A stretch of 64,000 nucleotides of DNA from Candidatus Accumulibacter iunctus (GTDB lineage: Bacteria; Pseudomonadota; Gammaproteobacteria; Burkholderiales; Rhodocyclaceae): NCBI GenBank assembly GCA_002345025.1, contig DDUX01000154.1:28075-92074 (forward strand). The letters are read 5' to 3'. Positions 62,569 through 64,000 of this stretch are shown piece by piece (position 1 is the first letter of the stretch; each line of letters starts with the position of its first letter). A program made the position numbers and the translations under genes. The notes below the pieces were generated by a model. That model was not told where the DNA came from, ran no database searches, and was given only the letters and a program-made list of their open reading frames with translations.

Positions 62569-64000
62569 ATGGCCTGGACACGCAAGTTCCTTCGCGTCAA
62601 CCTGAACCGGGGCAGCTGTGTCAGCGAGCCACTGAACATGGCCTGGGCGGCGCAGTTCCTCGGTCAATGGGGGCTGGCGAGCAAGTACCTGGTGAGCGAG
62701 ATTGATCCCGGGGCCGATCCCCTGGCACCGGACAACAAGCTGATCTACGCCACCGGGCCACTGACCGGCACGATGGCCTCGACGGGTGGCCGCTACTCGG
62801 TGGTGACCAAGGGTCCGCTGACGGGAGCCGTCGCCTGCTCCAATTCGGGAGGCTATTTCGGCGCCGAGCTGAAGTTTGCCGGCTGGGATATGATCATCAT
62901 CGAGGGCAGGTCGCCGCAGCCGGTTTACCTTCACATCGAGAACGAGCGCGCCGAACTGCTGCCGGCAGGCGACCTCTGGGGCAGGACGGTCTGGGACACC
63001 GAGGCGATGCTCCGCAAGCGCCATCAGGATTCGTTGTTGCGGGTATCGAGCATTGGCCGTGCCGGCGAGAATCTGGTTCTCTTCGCCGCCATCGTCAATG
63101 ACCTGCATCGTGCAGCTGGCCGTTCCGGGGTCGGTGCCGTGATGGGATCGAAGAATCTCAAGGCTGTCGCTGTTCGCGGCACCCGCGGGCTCGGCAACAT
63201 CGCCGACCCGCAGGCCTTCATGGCTGCCGTGACCGCCGGCAAGAGGGTTCTCGCCGAGAATGCGGTGACCGGGCAGGGGCTGCCGACCTATGGCACGCAG
63301 GTGTTGATGAATGTGATCAACGAGATGGGCGCCTCGCCGACGCGCAATCACCGCGACGTCCAGTTCGAGGGAGCACGCCGCATTTCGGCCGAAGCGATGC
63401 ACGAGCAGCGCGCGACCGACGGCCGCACGCATCTGGTGACGAACCAGGCATGCTGCGGCTGCACGATCGCCTGCGGCCGCATATCGCGGATCGACGAAAG
63501 CCATTTCTCGGTCGCGAACAAGCCGCAATACTGGTGGGCAAGTGGTGGTCTCGAATACGAGGCGGCGTGGGCGCTCGGCAACGCGAACGGGGTCGACGAT
63601 CTCGAAGCCCTGCAGTACGCGAACCTGCTGTGCAACGAGGACGGCATGGACCCGATCTCCTTCGGGGCGACGGTTGGCGCGGTCATGGAACTGTACGAAC
63701 TCGGCGTCCTGAGCAAGGACGAGATCGGCATCGACGCGCCATTCGGTTCGGCCGCGGCCCTTTGCCGGTTCGCCGAGATGACCGCGCGAGACGGCCGGCA
63801 AGCCCGAGCTTCTGAAGGCCTTTCAGGACGCCACGGCAGCGGTCGACTCGAGTGGTCTGTGCGTGTTCACCACCTTCGCATGGACGATGAACGACATCCA
63901 GCCGCAGGTCCAGGCCGCCTGCGGTGGCGACTGGTCGCTGGAAGCGCTGCTGCAGACCGGCGAGCGCATCTGGAACCTCGAGCGCGAGTTCAACCTGGCG
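62569..64000 (+). pseudogene. Tungsten/molybdenum aldehyde:ferredoxin oxidoreductase (AOR family) with internal out-of-frame deletion; 3' end outside window
   Basis: Frame 1 from the ATG at 62569 (GAGGAGG RBS) gives MAWTRKFLRVNLNRG...GGRYSVVTKGPLTG...GYFGAELKFAGWD...CCGCTIACGR.... AOR homology then jumps at about 63795 to frame 2 (GKPELLKAFQDATAAVDSSGLCVFTTF...GERIWNLEREFN). This skips the segment that carries the DPR and RGxCH motifs. Confidence 0.6.

Overview
High-GC proteobacterial chromosomal window; taxon cannot be verified from sequence alone. Bases 1-10.4 kb and 30.6-64 kb are housekeeping or accessory metabolism. They hold a TRAP transporter, an ArsB/NhaD-type permease with a CBS protein, a TetR-MFP-RND efflux operon, a membrane spermidine-synthase-like gene with an FAD oxidoreductase, ribE, fccAB-like sulfide dehydrogenase, pyk, MCPs, cytochrome c peroxidase, rarD, mscS, clsB, gluQ, argB, a PAS-GGDEF-EAL protein, hemB, engB, cytochrome c4 and an AOR cluster. 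Bases ~10.4-30.6 kb form a defence island. In order it carries a class II Fic protein, a vestigial mini-array with a type I-C-like repeat, an AbiEi/AbiEii pair, and a WYL regulator. These are followed by a second Cas6-family gene (Cmx6-like), a cas3 5' stub, and a complete type I-E operon (cas3-cas8e-cse2-cas7-cas5-cas6e-cas1-cas2). The operon ends in a leader and an array of 80 intact repeats (25421-30376). The best candidate for something undescribed is this composite locus: a WYL gene, a stand-alone Cmx6-type Cas6 and a cas3 stub grafted in front of an intact I-E system, with an orphan repeat of a different family 3.3 kb upstream. Other points of note are structure inside the array (a twin spacer differing only at position 18, non-G terminal repeat bases, two offset homologous spacers, a trailer-end deletion), a four-heptad operator-like element in front of fic, a heavily decayed MCP, and an aldehyde:ferredoxin oxidoreductase with an internal out-of-frame deletion. 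All functional calls rest on my recognition of motifs in the supplied translations; no database search was run.
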